Origin: an uncultured Chloroflexia bacterium
Lineage (GTDB): Bacteria; Chloroflexota; Limnocylindria; Limnocylindrales; CSP1-4
NCBI GenBank assembly: GCA_963715085.1
Contig: CAVQQU010000005.1
Location: 163,881 to 227,880 of the forward strand
Reading direction: 5' to 3'
DNA length: 64,000 bases
The position numbers and the translations under genes are program-made. Below the pieces are notes generated by a model. That model did no database searches. It had not been told where the DNA came from and was given only the letters and a program-made list of their open reading frames with translations. Positions 9,372 to 20,549 of the stretch are shown one piece after another (positions within the stretch are counted from its first letter, which is position 1; the number at the start of each line of letters is the position of its first letter).

Positions 9372-12300
9372 GCCGTCTTACCGAGCTGTCGGTCGCCAAG
9401 CGGAGCGTCACGCTCCTCCTCGCGGTCGGGCTCTTCTTCGCCGGCATCTCGGCCTGGGGCAGCCTCCAGCAGGAGCTGCTGCCCGACATCGACTTCCCCG
9501 TGATCACCGTGATCGCCCCCTATCCGGGCGTCGGCGCGGCGGACGTCACGGAGCAGGTCACGAAGCCGATCGAACAGGCCATCTCGGGTGTGCCGCGCCT
9601 GGAGGCGCTGTCGTCGTCATCGGCCAACTCCATCGCGATCGTGGTCGCCCAGTTCGAGTTCGGCACCGACGTCAAGGAAGTGCGCTCGACGATCGAGCAG
9701 AACCTCCAGACGGCCGGCCTGCCCCCGAGCGTCGCCCCGGAGGTTGCCGCGCTCAACATCAACGCCTCGCCGGTGATCATCGCGTCTGTCGCCGGCGCCG
9801 GTGAAGACGGCCTCGACGCCGCCGCCGAGGTCGCCCGGAACGACGTTGTGCCCGCGCTGCAGGCGATCGATGGCGTGGCGACCGTCGACCTGACCGGCGG
9901 GCTCGAGACGCAGGCGGTCGTCACGCTCGACCCGGCGAAGCTCATCGAGACGGGCATCTCGGTCGCGCAGGTCACGGGCATCCTCACCGCCAACAACCTG
10001 ACCCTGCCGTCGGGCCAGATCTCGTCCGACGGCACGAACATTCCCGTGTCGACGATCGGGGTGATCAGCTCGATCGCCCAGATCGAGAACCTCGTCGTCG
10101 GCGTCAAGCTGCCGACGACTCCGCCCGCGATCCCTGGCACCGCCCCGACCCTGCCGGTCGTGCCGCCCGGAACCGACCCGGGCGCGGTGCCGACCGTGCC
10201 CGTCGAGCCGACGCCGATCTTCCTCAAGGACATCGCGACCGTCGAGGAAGCCGGCGTTGCGACGACCGGCTATGCCCGCACCGACGGCGTGCCCTCGCTG
10301 ACGCTGACCGTCACCAAGACATCGACGGCGAACACGGTCGAGGTCGCCGACGCGGTCACGGCCGAGCTCGAGGCGATCGGCGCCGCGAATGCCGAGACTG
10401 TCTCGATCACGGTGATCTCCGACCTCTCCACCTTCATCAAGGATTTCCCGCGACGGCCTGCTCAAGGAGGGCGGCCTGGGGGCGTTCTTCGCGATCCTGA
10501 CGATCTTCCTGTTCCTCTTCAGCATCCGGGCGACGCTGGTCGCCGCGGTCAGCATCCCGCTGTCCGTGTTGACGGCGCTCGTGGTCATGCAGATCACCGG
10601 CGTCACGATCAACGTCATGACTCTGGGCGGCCTCGCGGTCGCGGTCGGGCGCGTGGTCGACGACGCGATCGTCGTCCTGGAGAACATCTATCGCCACCGG
10701 GCACTGGGCGACGACCGCCTGACCGCCTCCCTGCGGGGTCCGCGCGAGGTGGCCGGGGCGATCACGTCGGCGACGCTCACGACCGTTGCCGTCTTCCTGC
10801 CCCTGGGCCTGGTCGGCGGCATCGTCAGTCAGCTCTTCCTGCCCTTCGCCTTGACCGTCACGTTCGCGCTACTGGCTTCGCTCGTCGTGGCCCTCACCGT
10901 GGTACCCGTGCTCGCTTACATGTTCATCGGGCAGGTCAAGCTCAACGTCGACGAGGATGGCGAGCCGAAGAACTCCCCCTGGATCCGTGCCTACACGCCG
11001 ACGATCCATTTCGTCCTGCGGGGCCGGGCCACGAAGTGGGCCGTCCTGGCGATCTCGACGATCCTCTTCATCGGGGCGACGGCCCTCGTCCCGCTCCTCC
11101 CCACGCAGTTCATCGATGCCGGAGGGGAGAACCTCCTGCAGGTGACAGTCGCCCCACCGGCCGGCACCAGCTCGGAGGCCGTGCTCGACCGGGCGATCGA
11201 GGCCGAGACCATCCTCCTCGCCGACCCCGAGGTCGAGGCGGTTCAGACCAGCGTCCCGGGCGAAGGGGACACGAGCTTCGGCACCGTCCAGGCCGCCCTC
11301 AGCGGCCGGCCGGCCAACAGCGCCACGCTCACGGTTCGACTCTCGGGTGAGGTGGACCTGACCACCTATGCGCAGAAGCTCTCGAACGACCTCGCCCCGG
11401 TCAAGACCGACGGCTACGACGTCGCCGTTGCCCAGACGGCCGGGTTCAGCTCGAATGGCCTGAACGTCGTGGTCAGCTCCGAGAATCCCGATGACGTCGC
11501 CGTGGCCACCGACGAGGTGATGGCGGCCCTCTCCGACAACGACGACCTCCTCAACCTCAAGTCCGACCTTTCGAAGGGGACGCCCGAAGTCCAGGTCGTT
11601 GTCGATCCCAACAAGGCGATCGGCGTCGGCCTCACCGCGGCCCAGGTCGCCGGCGAGGTCCGCGCGATCCTCGTCGGCACTCAGCCCACCACGATCCCGC
11701 CCGGCGAGGGCGGCGAGCCGATGCCGGTTGCCGTCCAGGTTGACCCGGAGCTCGTCACGAGCGTCGAGACGCTGCGGGCGCTGCCGGTCGGCACGACCGT
11801 CACCGTTCCTCTCGAGACGATCGCCGCGGTCGACGAGGTCGATGCCCAGGGCAGCATCACCCGCGTCGACCAATCCCCTGCGGCCACCGTCTCGGCCGAG
11901 ATCGCCAGCGACGACACCGGAGCGGTCTCCATGGAGGTTCAGCAGGAGATCGACGACCTCCAGGCGAGCGGGGCAATCCCGGCCGGCGTCACGATCACCC
12001 TGGCCGGCGTCACCGAGCAGATGAACGAGGCGTTCGGCAACCTCTTCATCTCGATGGGCGTCGCCATCCTGCTTGTCTACGTGATGATGGTCCTGACCTT
12101 CAACTCGCTCGTCACGCCCTTCATCATCCTGTTCAGCCTTCCGCTGGCCCTGATCGGCGCCTTCCCGGCGCTCTACCTGACCGGCAAGCCGATCGGCGTC
12201 AGCGCCCTCATCGGGTTCCTGATGCTCATCGGGATCGTGGTCACCAACGCCATCGTCCTGCTCGACCTCGTCGAGCGGCTGCGGAGCGAGGGCCACTCCA

Positions 12301-12629
12301 CGAAGGACGCCCTCATCGAGGGCGGCCGGACGCGAGTGCGCCCGATCCTGATGACGGCGATCGCGACGATCCTGGCCCTGATCCCGCTGGCCGCCGGCCT
12401 CTCCGAGGGCTCGATCATCGCGGCGGAGCTGGGCACCGTCGTCATCGGCGGGCTCTTCTCGTCGACCTTCCTGACTCTCCTCGTGATCCCCGTCCTGTAC
12501 TCCCTCGTCGACGGCGGCAAGTCGGGCCTGGCCCGGCGCTTCCGTCGTGCCGAGCCGATGGCGCCCGACGCCATGACGGCCGATCCGGGCGGCCCGACGC
12601 CGCCCGTCCAGCCGGCCCCGGCCGGCTGA
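9368..12629 (+). pseudogene. RND-superfamily efflux transporter permease (HAE/AcrB-like, about 1087 aa); one frameshift near 10440
   Basis: The N-terminus MSRLTELSVAKRSVTLLLAVGLFFAGI with a periplasmic loop. After ...DLSTFIKD the frame switches from 2 to 0 (DGLLKEGGLGAFFAILTIFLF...), then continues intact to 12629 with 12-TM RND topology. GTG 9368 is translationally coupled to marR. Confidence 0.8.
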
Positions 12630-12723
12630 CGATCGACCCGGCGCGTGCCTTCGGGCGATCCGGCACTTGGCCGGTTCGCCCGAGCCGTGCACGCTCCGGG
12701 TCACAAGCACGGAGGTGTTGACG

Positions 12724-13043
12724 TGGCCCTGTTCGAGGAACGTGACCTTGCCCGCTGGGGCCGCGCGGCGCGCGCCTGGCTCGTCCAGGACGACCAGCGC
12801 CGGACGATCGGCCTGATCGTCCTGTCGGTGACGATCTCGATCGCGGTGTCGCTGATCGCGACCGCCGTCGTCGGGCTCGTCTCGAAGCGGCGCGCCCCCG
12901 TCCGGGGCGATGTCCCGCCGCCTGACGTTGGCGAGCCGCTGGCCGAGGTCCAGCCCACGGCCGAGCAGGCCGTGGGCATCCCGGTCATGGCAGCCGACGG
13001 GGTCGCAGCCGCGGTCGAGGCGGCGGAGGCAGGCGGCGCCTGA
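12724..13043 (+). CDS. Hypothetical small single-pass membrane protein
   Basis: GGAGG, then 7 nt, then GTG. TM segment TIGLIVLSVTISIAVSLIATAVVGLV. No recognisable family. Confidence 0.35.
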
Positions 13044-13085
13044 CGATCAGCGCTTCAGGGGCGCTCGCGCGCCCTTCGAGTGGGA

Positions 13086-14426
13086 TCAGAGGAGCGGCGA
13101 GATTCGGTCCATGGCCGCGTCGAACACCTTGCCGCCCGCCGTCCGGTTGATCTCGGCGGGCGTCGAGACGGCCACCAGCGGGTCGAAGATCGCCCGCTCG
13201 AAGGCCTCGGCAACCTCGGCGCCCTCCAGGAACAGGTTCAGCTCCCAGTTGCGGTAGAGGCTCAGGGCGTCGAGGTTGCAGCCGCCCACGAGCACGCCGT
13301 CGTCGGCGACCATGACCTTGGCGTGGGCCATCGTGGGGTGGAAGAGGACCGTCGCTCCGGCCTCCTGGAGCCGCGGCACGTTGTGGCGGAACGCGGCCGC
13401 CGGCATCGGCGGCGTGGGCTTGCCCGGTACCACGATCCGCACCGCCACGCCCCGCTCCGCGGCCTGTACCAGGCGGTCCAGGATCGGCTTCTCCGAGATG
13501 TACGGGTTGACCAGGTCGACCCGCCGCGCGGCCGCGTCGATCACCTGCTCGTAGGCCTCGCTGATCGGCACGTGGCCCGTGCCGGGCACGTTCACGAGCA
13601 GGGTTGCCGGGACGACTCCGGGACCCGCCGTCGCGCCATCGTCCGGCGGGAACAGGCGGGCCATCGTCGCGTCGTCCGCGTCGAGCGGGCCGTCCTGGTG
13701 GCGCCAGCCTGCCACGAAGAGCGCCTGGAGCTGGCGGACGGCCAGGCCCTCGAAGCGGACCATCACGTCGGTGAACCGCTCGTCGTTGAAGTGGTCCTCG
13801 ATCCCCGTCCCGCCGAGGTAACCGACGCGGCCGTCGATCACCATGAACTTGCGGTGGTCGAAGTGGCCGATGTTCTCCCGCCGCCAGCCGATCCGTGCGC
13901 CCGGGCCCAGCGTTCCCTTGACATCGGGGAACATCCCGCGGTTCTGGACGACCTGCACACCGCCCTCCACGAGCTCGCCGAAGAGGGCCTTCGAGCCCGC
14001 CCGGACCTCGCTGCCGACGGCGTCGACCGAGAGGCGAACCGGGATGCCCGCGGCGACCTTCTCGAGGAGGACGTCCCGGAAGGCGGACCCGATGTCGCCC
14101 GGCTTGAAGCCGTAGATCAGCATGTTGATCGACAATTCGGCCGCCCGCAGGTCCTCGAGCATCCGCGGGAAGTACGTCGTGCCGTGGAGGAGTGGCTCCA
14201 CCGCCCGGGCCGTCGTGGGCGCGAAGGAGACGGCCACGTCGCGCTTCCGGACGATCGGCGCGGCCGCCATGCGGGCGGCGAACACCGCCGCCTCGTCCGC
14301 GGGCAACGAGACCGGACCGGACGGGAACGAGGGCACGCGCTTGGCGGCATTCCGGCGCGACGACGCCAGGACGCCGCCCGCCGCGGCAGCGGTGCTGAGG
14401 CCGAGGAGCAGGCGAACGCGACTCAT
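13086..14426 (-). CDS. Phospholipase D-family protein (two HKD motifs; cardiolipin-synthase-like), secreted or membrane-anchored
   Basis: HKD motifs HRKFMVIDG and HAKVMVADD. Signal or TM MSRVRLLLGLSTAAAAGGVLA. GGAGG RBS 7 nt before ATG 14426. Confidence 0.8.
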   Translation of the reverse strand: MSRVRLLLGLSTAAAAGGVLASSRRNAAKRVPSFPSGPVSLPADEAAVFAARMAAAPIVRKRDVAVSFAPTTARAVEPLLHGTTYFPRMLEDLRAAELSINMLIYGFKPGDIGSAFRDVLLEKVAAGIPVRLSVDAVGSEVRAGSKALFGELVEGGVQVVQNRGMFPDVKGTLGPGARIGWRRENIGHFDHRKFMVIDGRVGYLGGTGIEDHFNDERFTDVMVRFEGLAVRQLQALFVAGWRHQDGPLDADDATMARLFPPDDGATAGPGVVPATLLVNVPGTGHVPISEAYEQVIDAAARRVDLVNPYISEKPILDRLVQAAERGVAVRIVVPGKPTPPMPAAAFRHNVPRLQEAGATVLFHPTMAHAKVMVADDGVLVGGCNLDALSLYRNWELNLFLEGAEVAEAFERAIFDPLVAVSTPAEINRTAGGKVFDAAMDRISPLL

Positions 14427-14705
14427 GAGGTACCTCCTGGGGCCGCGGAGCGACCGTGTCTTCGTGGTGGCGGTGGGGATCGGGCGAATCGCCCGGCGTG
14501 ACCGCGGGGCCAGGCGCGGGAAGCGGCTTGCCTCGGCAACCGAGGCAGTGCCACCGGGCGACGGGTCGATCAACGGTCGAGGCCTCGAGCAGGAAGCGGC
14601 CCGAGGATGGTACCGGGTTGCCGCGACGCCGCGTCACCCTCGTGGGACGATACCGCTCACGCGGAGCTCCGTGCCGTCGGTTCCACCATGCTCCTGCCGG
14701 GCCGG

Positions 14706-14747
14706 TTGACGACAGCGCATGGATATCCGACAATTCAACTCGGAATT
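14706..14747 (+). promoter_or_regulatory. Candidate sufB promoter TTGACG-N17-GACAAT with an overlapping inverted repeat AATTC-aactcg-GAATT
   Basis: Local GC dip about 150 nt upstream of sufB. Hexamers and the palindrome were read directly from the sequence. Confidence 0.3.
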
Positions 14748-14890
14748 CGGCCGGGTCCGGGCGTCCTCACCGGGGCTTCGTCCCCGGCGTTCCCATCCGG
14801 CAGCGTCCCACCGGCCGAACTCCACCTGACCGCCCCGTTCGCGGCGCGGGACGACCTCCCCGCCGCTGCCGTTCGCCACGAGGAGCTGCG

Positions 14891-16300
14891 ATGACCGCAC
14901 CCGTCCGCGGGGAGATCGTCTCCCAGGAGTACCAGTTCGGCTTCCACGACGAGGTCGCCTACCTCGCGGAGACGGAGGCCGGCCTGACGCGGGCCACGGT
15001 CGAGGAGATCAGCGCGATCAAGGATGAGCCGGAGTGGATGCTCCAGTTCCGCCTTCGCGCCTACGACCATTTCCTCAAGCGCTCGATGCCCAGCTGGGTC
15101 CCCGAGAGCGTCAAGGGGATCGACTTCGGCAAGATCGTCTACTACCGGAAGCCGTCCGAGCGCGAGGAGAAGTCCTGGGACGACGTCCCGGAGCAGATCA
15201 AGCAGACCTTCGAGAAGCTGGGGATCCCGGAGGCCGAGCGCAAGTTCCTCGCCGGCGTCGGCGCCCAGTACGACTCCGAGGTCGTGTACCACTCCGTGCG
15301 CGAAGAGCTGAGCAAGATCGGCGTGGTCTTCATGGGCATGGACCAGGGGCTGCGCGAGCACCACGACCTGGTGCGGAAGTACTTCGCCACGGTGGTTCCC
15401 CCGGAGGACAACAAGTTCGCGGCGCTCAACAGCGCGGTCTGGTCCGGGGGCTCGTTCGTCTACGTCCCGAAGGGCGTCGAGGTGCCGCTCCCCCTGCAGG
15501 CCTACTTCCGGATCAACGGAGAGAACACCGGCCAGTTCGAGCGGACCCTGATCATCGCGGACGAAGGCGCCAAGCTGCACTACATCGAGGGCTGCACCGC
15601 CCCCATCTACACGACCGACGCGCTCCACGCCGCCGTCGTCGAGGTGATCGCGCTGCCGGGCGCGCAGGTCCGCTACACGACGATCCAGAACTGGAGCCGC
15701 GACGTCTACAACCTCGTGACGAAGCGGGCCCACGCCCACGCCCGGTCCACGGTCGAGTGGGTCGACGCGAATACCGGCTCCCGGGCGACGGTGAAGTACC
15801 CGGCGATCTACTTGCGCGGCGAGGGCGCCACGGCCGAGGTGATCTCGGTCGCGTTCGCCGGCCACGGCCAGCACCAGGACACCGGCGCCAAGGCCGTCCA
15901 CCTGGCCCCCAACACGCGGAGCCGGATCGTCAGCAAGTCCGTGAGCAAGGACGGCGGGCGCGGGACCTACCGGGGCACCCTCAAGGTGGCCCCCGGGGCG
16001 ACGGGCGTGATCGCCAGCGTGCGCTGCGACGCGCTCCTCCTCGACGAGGAGAGCCGCTCGGACACGTACCCCTATATCGACATCCAGGAAGACGACACGA
16101 CGATGACCCACGAGGCCACCGTGGGCAAGGTGTCGGCCGACCAGATCTTCTACCTCATGAGCCGCGGGCTGACCGAGAACGAGGCGACCAACCTGGTGGT
16201 GCAGGGCTTCCTCGAGGTCTTCACCAAGGAGCTCCCGATGGAGTACGCCATCGAGTTCAACCGGCTCGTGAAGATGGAGATGGAGGGGTCGCTCGGATGA
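14891..16300 (+). CDS. sufB: Fe-S cluster assembly protein SufB
   Basis: Intact 469 aa with high-identity SufB hallmarks throughout (FGFHDEVAY..., GENTGQFERTLIIADEGAKLHYIEGCTAP...). Confidence 0.9.
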   Translation: MTAPVRGEIVSQEYQFGFHDEVAYLAETEAGLTRATVEEISAIKDEPEWMLQFRLRAYDHFLKRSMPSWVPESVKGIDFGKIVYYRKPSEREEKSWDDVPEQIKQTFEKLGIPEAERKFLAGVGAQYDSEVVYHSVREELSKIGVVFMGMDQGLREHHDLVRKYFATVVPPEDNKFAALNSAVWSGGSFVYVPKGVEVPLPLQAYFRINGENTGQFERTLIIADEGAKLHYIEGCTAPIYTTDALHAAVVEVIALPGAQVRYTTIQNWSRDVYNLVTKRAHAHARSTVEWVDANTGSRATVKYPAIYLRGEGATAEVISVAFAGHGQHQDTGAKAVHLAPNTRSRIVSKSVSKDGGRGTYRGTLKVAPGATGVIASVRCDALLLDEESRSDTYPYIDIQEDDTTMTHEATVGKVSADQIFYLMSRGLTENEATNLVVQGFLEVFTKELPMEYAIEFNRLVKMEMEGSLG

Positions 16301-17779
16301 TGGCTCCCACCGAGACCGAAGTCCGGCTCTCCGGCCCGCGGCGACGGCTCTGCCTGCGCCCCGCCCACGGCGCACCCCGGCCGACCTCCCGTTCACCTTC
16401 CCCGACGCCGCCCTCGCCGAGGCCCTCGGCGCCGAGCGGGACGAGCCCACCTGGCTCCGCGAGGATCGCCGCGCAGCCGCCGAGACGTACGCCCGCCTCC
16501 CGGTGGAGACGAGCGAGCTCTACACCTCGTACGTCGACTTCCGCGCCGCCGACCTGTTCGGCGCGAGCCCCTACGTTCGCACCGCGACTGCGCCCGGCAA
16601 CGGCCGGGGAGATCCCGGACGGTGCGGACGGGATCATCGAGCTGCGCGAGGACGCCGTCCTCCGCCTGGCCCTCGCGCCCGGCCTCGCCGAGCGGGGCGT
16701 GGTCCTCGAGACGCTGGGGGCCGCGCTCGACCGCGACGCCACGGGGATCCGCGAGATCGCTCACCGCGACTGCACTTCCCGCCGACGAGAAGCTGGCCTG
16801 GCTCTCGCGCGGCTTCTGGAGCCAGGGAATCCACCTCCACGTGCCGGCCGGGGTCCGGCTGGAGCGCCCGATCGTGCTGCGCTGGGGGGCCGGCACGCCG
16901 GAGCGGGCGCTGCTGACCCGGACCCTGGTCCGGCTCGACGACGGCGCCGAGGCGGCCCTCGTGGAGGAGCTCGTGCCGGCGGGACCGGCCGTCTGCTGCG
17001 CCGCCGGCGAGCCCGTGCCGCAGGCGCTCTTCGGCGGGACGACCGAGATCGACCTCGGACCCGGCGCCGTCCTCCGCTTTGCTTCGATCCAGGACCTGCC
17101 CTGCTCCACCACGGCGCTCCAGCAGCGGACGGCGCGGATCGGGGCGGGCGCGACGCTCCGCTTCGCGATCGCCCAGCTCGGCGGACGCGTCGTCCGCTCG
17201 CGCATCGACAACCGCCTCGAGGGCGACGGGAGCGAGGTCGAGCAGGTCGAGATCGTCTTCGGCGGCCGCGACCAGCTCTTCGACCTGACGGCCTACACGC
17301 GCCACGTCGGCCGGGACACGACCGGGAATCTCCTCTCGAAGGCGGTCCTCCAGCACGGCGCCCGCGCGTACATCAAGGGCCTCATCTCGATCGAGAAGTC
17401 CGCTCGCGGGACCGACAGCTTCCTCGGCGAGTTCGGAATGCTGCTCGACAAGCAGAGCCGCTCGGTGACGATCCCGAGCCTGGAGATCGACCAGCCGGAC
17501 TGCCGGCGAGCGGCCCATGCCTCGTCCGTCGGTCCGATCGACCCCGCCCAGCTCTTCTACCTGGAGAGCCGCGGGATCACGCCCGACGAGGCCCGCAAGT
17601 TCATCACGCTCGGCTTCCTGGAACCGGTCGTCGCCCGGGTGCCGCTCGAGGCCGAGCAGGAGCGCCTCTGGGAGCTCCTCGAGGCGAAGTGGTCCGACGC
17701 GCTGGGCGACGGCGCGGTGGGTTCCGGCGAGACCGTCCCGACGCGGCGCCGGCGCGGCGCCCGCCGCCTGACGGCGTGA
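16297..17779 (+). pseudogene. sufD: Fe-S cluster assembly protein SufD; frameshifted three or more times in the first 500 nt
   Basis: ATGA overlap with sufB. The N-terminus is in frame 1. TWLREDRRAAAETYARLPVETSELYTSYVDF is in frame 0. GEIPDGADGIIELRE is in frame 1. From KLAWLSRGFWSQGIHLHVPAGVRLERPIVL onward frame 2 is intact to 17779. Confidence 0.75.
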
Positions 17780-18092
17780 GCCGCCGGATCGACTGCGGCC
17801 CGCTCGCGGACCTCGCCGAGGGGACGATGCGATGGCCTGGGTCGACGGCACCGAGCCGCTCCTGCTCGTCAACGTTGGCGGCGAGGTCCGGGCGGTGCAG
17901 GGCATCTGCAGCCACGAGTACTTCGAGCTGGACCGCGGGTTCCTCACCGCGGGCAGCCTCACCTGCGCGCTTCACCTCTCGCGCTTCGACCTCGTGTCCG
18001 GCGAGCCGCTGGACCCGCCGGCGGACGAGCCGCTCGCCGTCTACCCGGTCTCGGTCGAGGACGGCCGGATCGTCGTCGCGTACCCGGGCTGA
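17776..18092 (+). pseudogene. Rieske [2Fe-2S] domain protein of the suf operon; one frameshift near 17830
   Basis: GTGA coupling to sufD. CSHEY...CALHLSRFDLVSGEPL Rieske ligand motifs. The N-terminus CGPLADLAEGTMR is in a different frame from MAWVDGTEPLLLVNVGG. Confidence 0.6.
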
Positions 18093-18115
18093 GGCCAGGC
18101 CGGAGCGCGGTTCGC

Positions 18116-20320
18116 TCAGGCTCCGGGCTGGGCCGTCGGCTCGGGCGCGGTGCTCGCGCCCGCCGGCATCGGCAGCACCGGCGCGGTCCCGTCCTTGCCG
18201 AAGCGGTGGTCCAGATGGCGCTCGGCCCAGCGGCGGATCTGGCGGTAGACGGCCGGGGCGCCGACGATCTCCTCGTCGAGCTCCCATTCGGCGGGGTGCA
18301 TGATGATCGGCTGGGTCTGCGGCCCGCCGAGGCCGCCGTGGCTGCCGATCAGCTCCTCGAACGCGGCCACCTCGTCGAACTCGGGGTCGTAGAGGCTGAT
18401 CACGGAGAGGTCCGGGACGTGGTCCATCCCGTCGAGGCGGAGGAACGCCTCGCGGGCCCGGCCGCCGTACTGGGCGACCGGGTCGACGCCTTCGACGCGG
18501 TTCTCCTCGAGGAAGTTGATGCCCGGCGCGGCCGACGACGATCGAGCCATGGTTCTCGGACTTGATCAGCATCGCGCCGATGCCGGGGTGAACGGCCAGG
18601 GCGTCGACCAGGCCGGGATGGGCCGCGGCGAGCTGCTCCAGCGTCACCCGTCCGGGCAGGCGCGGGAAGTAGACGAGGCCGAAGTTGCCCGAGGCGATGG
18701 CGATCAGGTCGACACGCTCGGCGGGAGCCCCCGGTTCGGGACCAGGCTCGCTCGGCGCGGCCTCGTCGCCGCTGGGTCCGAGCTCGACGACGCCGTCCTC
18801 GGTCTGCGATCGGAGGGCCGTTCGAGCGAGGCCACCGGTGACGCCCTTGACCTGGGTCATCTCCGAGAGCATGGCGTTGGTCTGGCCCCACTCCTCGACG
18901 CGAGCCGTGGCCTCCCGGACCTTCGCCTCGCCACCCATCAGCTCGTGGATCACGTCGGCGAGGGTCTTGCCGTAGCGCTGGAGGAAGGTGGCGCCCAGGC
19001 TCTGGCCGTGGTCGGAGACGACGACGAACTTGTACGGACGAGGCGCCGCGGCGGAGGCCTTCTCCAGGGTGGCGATCGCCTTGTCGACCCCGTCGAGCGC
19101 GTCGAACGTCTCGCTCCGCTCGGGTCCGCTGTGGTGGGCGATCTCGTCGTAGTCGGTGTAGTCGACGAAGATGACGGGGGCGCCGCGGTACATCTCCTCG
19201 ATGACGAGCGAGGTCGACAGGTCGCGCAGGGCGACGTTCGTCGCGGCGCGCGCGATCGGGTAGGGCATCCCGCGGTGCATCAGGGGCACGATCCCCGCCC
19301 GCTCCTGCCGCCGCGCCTGGAGGTACTCCTTGAAGATCTCGGCGACCGTGCGGACGATCGTGTGAAGGTAGTTGTACGGGCTGGCGAAGAACGAGAAGAA
19401 GGTCTGGCTCTTGCCGAGCCCCTGGCCCTTGTCCTTGATCGTGGCCATCGTGATGTACGAGCGGACGGCGTCGCCGGAGAAGAGGTTGCCGACGCTCGCC
19501 CCGTTGTTCGACAGCAGGCCCTCGCCGTTCGAGATCCTGGTCGCGACCTCGGCGGCATCCGCCGGGTGGTTGGCGACCAGGATCCGGTCGGATTCCTTCT
19601 CGTACCACCGGAAGGCCGGGATGCCGTCGTTGTTGCCGTGCAGGATCCCGGCCTGGCTCGCCGGCGTGGTCGGCGGCAGGAGTGCCTCCCAGCTCGCGAG
19701 CCGGTAGCGGCCGGAGCGCACCCAGGACGACAGGTGGGGGACCCGGCCGGCCCGAATCTGGCGGGTGAGGATCGGGTGGGCCAGCCCGTCGATCTGCACG
19801 ACGACGAGGCCGGGCTTGTCCGTGCGCACGACGTCCTCGCCCCGGGCCGCGAGCTGCTGGATCAGCATCCCGAAGTACGAGTCGTCGTCGCTGATCGAGA
19901 GGATCGCGGTCGAGGATCGTGTTCACGAACGCGTACATGAACGACGCCACGAGGGCCGCCACGATGCCGCTCACGACGATCTCCGAGATCAGCCGCGGCA
20001 GGAGCAGGAACGACACCACCTGGAAGACCAGGGTGGCGATGACGACCGCGATGACCGAGACGCCGGCGAAGGCCGCGATGAAGACGGGACGGATGGCGAC
20101 GTTCAGGATGCCGAGCACGAGCGCGGCACCCAGGGCGACGAGGAGGGGCCGGGAGCCGGACTCCAGCGAGACGCCCGGGGTGAGGAAGACGGCGCCGAGG
20201 AACGAGAGCGCGCTCACGATCAGCGTCGCGACGATGCGGCGGAGGCGCGAGCCGCTGCTCGGACGCCACGTCGCGCATGACCTGGATCTGAAGCCTGTAG
20301 AAGTCGATCAGGCGCCGCAT
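18116..20320 (-). pseudogene. Membrane-anchored alkaline-phosphatase-superfamily protein (type I phosphodiesterase / nucleotide pyrophosphatase-like); frameshifted three or more times
   Basis: GGAGGG RBS then ATG (MRRLIDFYRLQIQVMRDV). TM N-domain (SALSFLGAVFLTPGVSL...). AP-superfamily core LVVVQIDGLAHP...VVVSDHGQS. The C-terminal tail is in a third frame ending at 18116. Confidence 0.6.
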
Positions 20321-20549
20321 CTTCCCTCCATCCGGACCGCGAATGCCACGGCCGTGGGTCCGGGCCACCGTCGGCGCCGATCATTGCACAGCGCAGCGAT
20401 CGCGCGCTTCACCGAGCGGGATGACACCCGGCGGCGATCGTGACGGCGGGGTGCCGCTTGCGGCCGGGTGGACACGGGGGCCTGCTCCGCCCGCCGTCCG
20501 GCGCGCACCGGATGCTGGGCGACCGCGGCCGAGAGGGAGGTCATCGCGT

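Noticed and set aside
12985-14733. 582-aa minus ORF and 473-aa plus ORF (13080-14501) overlapping the phospholipase D gene
   Set aside because: The PLD reading (13086-14426 minus) has two HKD motifs, a signal peptide and a ribosome-binding site. The others are compositionally biased shadow ORFs.
15034-18303. 1089-aa plus-strand ORF covering sufB through the Rieske gene
   Set aside because: An alternate frame of sufB that merges into sufD fragments. It is not a fusion protein. SufB is intact in its own frame (14891-16300).
17604-19868. Apparent 754-aa protein with a long Arg/Pro-rich C-terminal half
   Set aside because: Only the N-terminal about 430 aa (the AP-superfamily domain) is real. 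The tail is a wrong-frame read-through of the upstream suf region caused by a frameshift. The true C-terminus is in the 18116-18550 frame.
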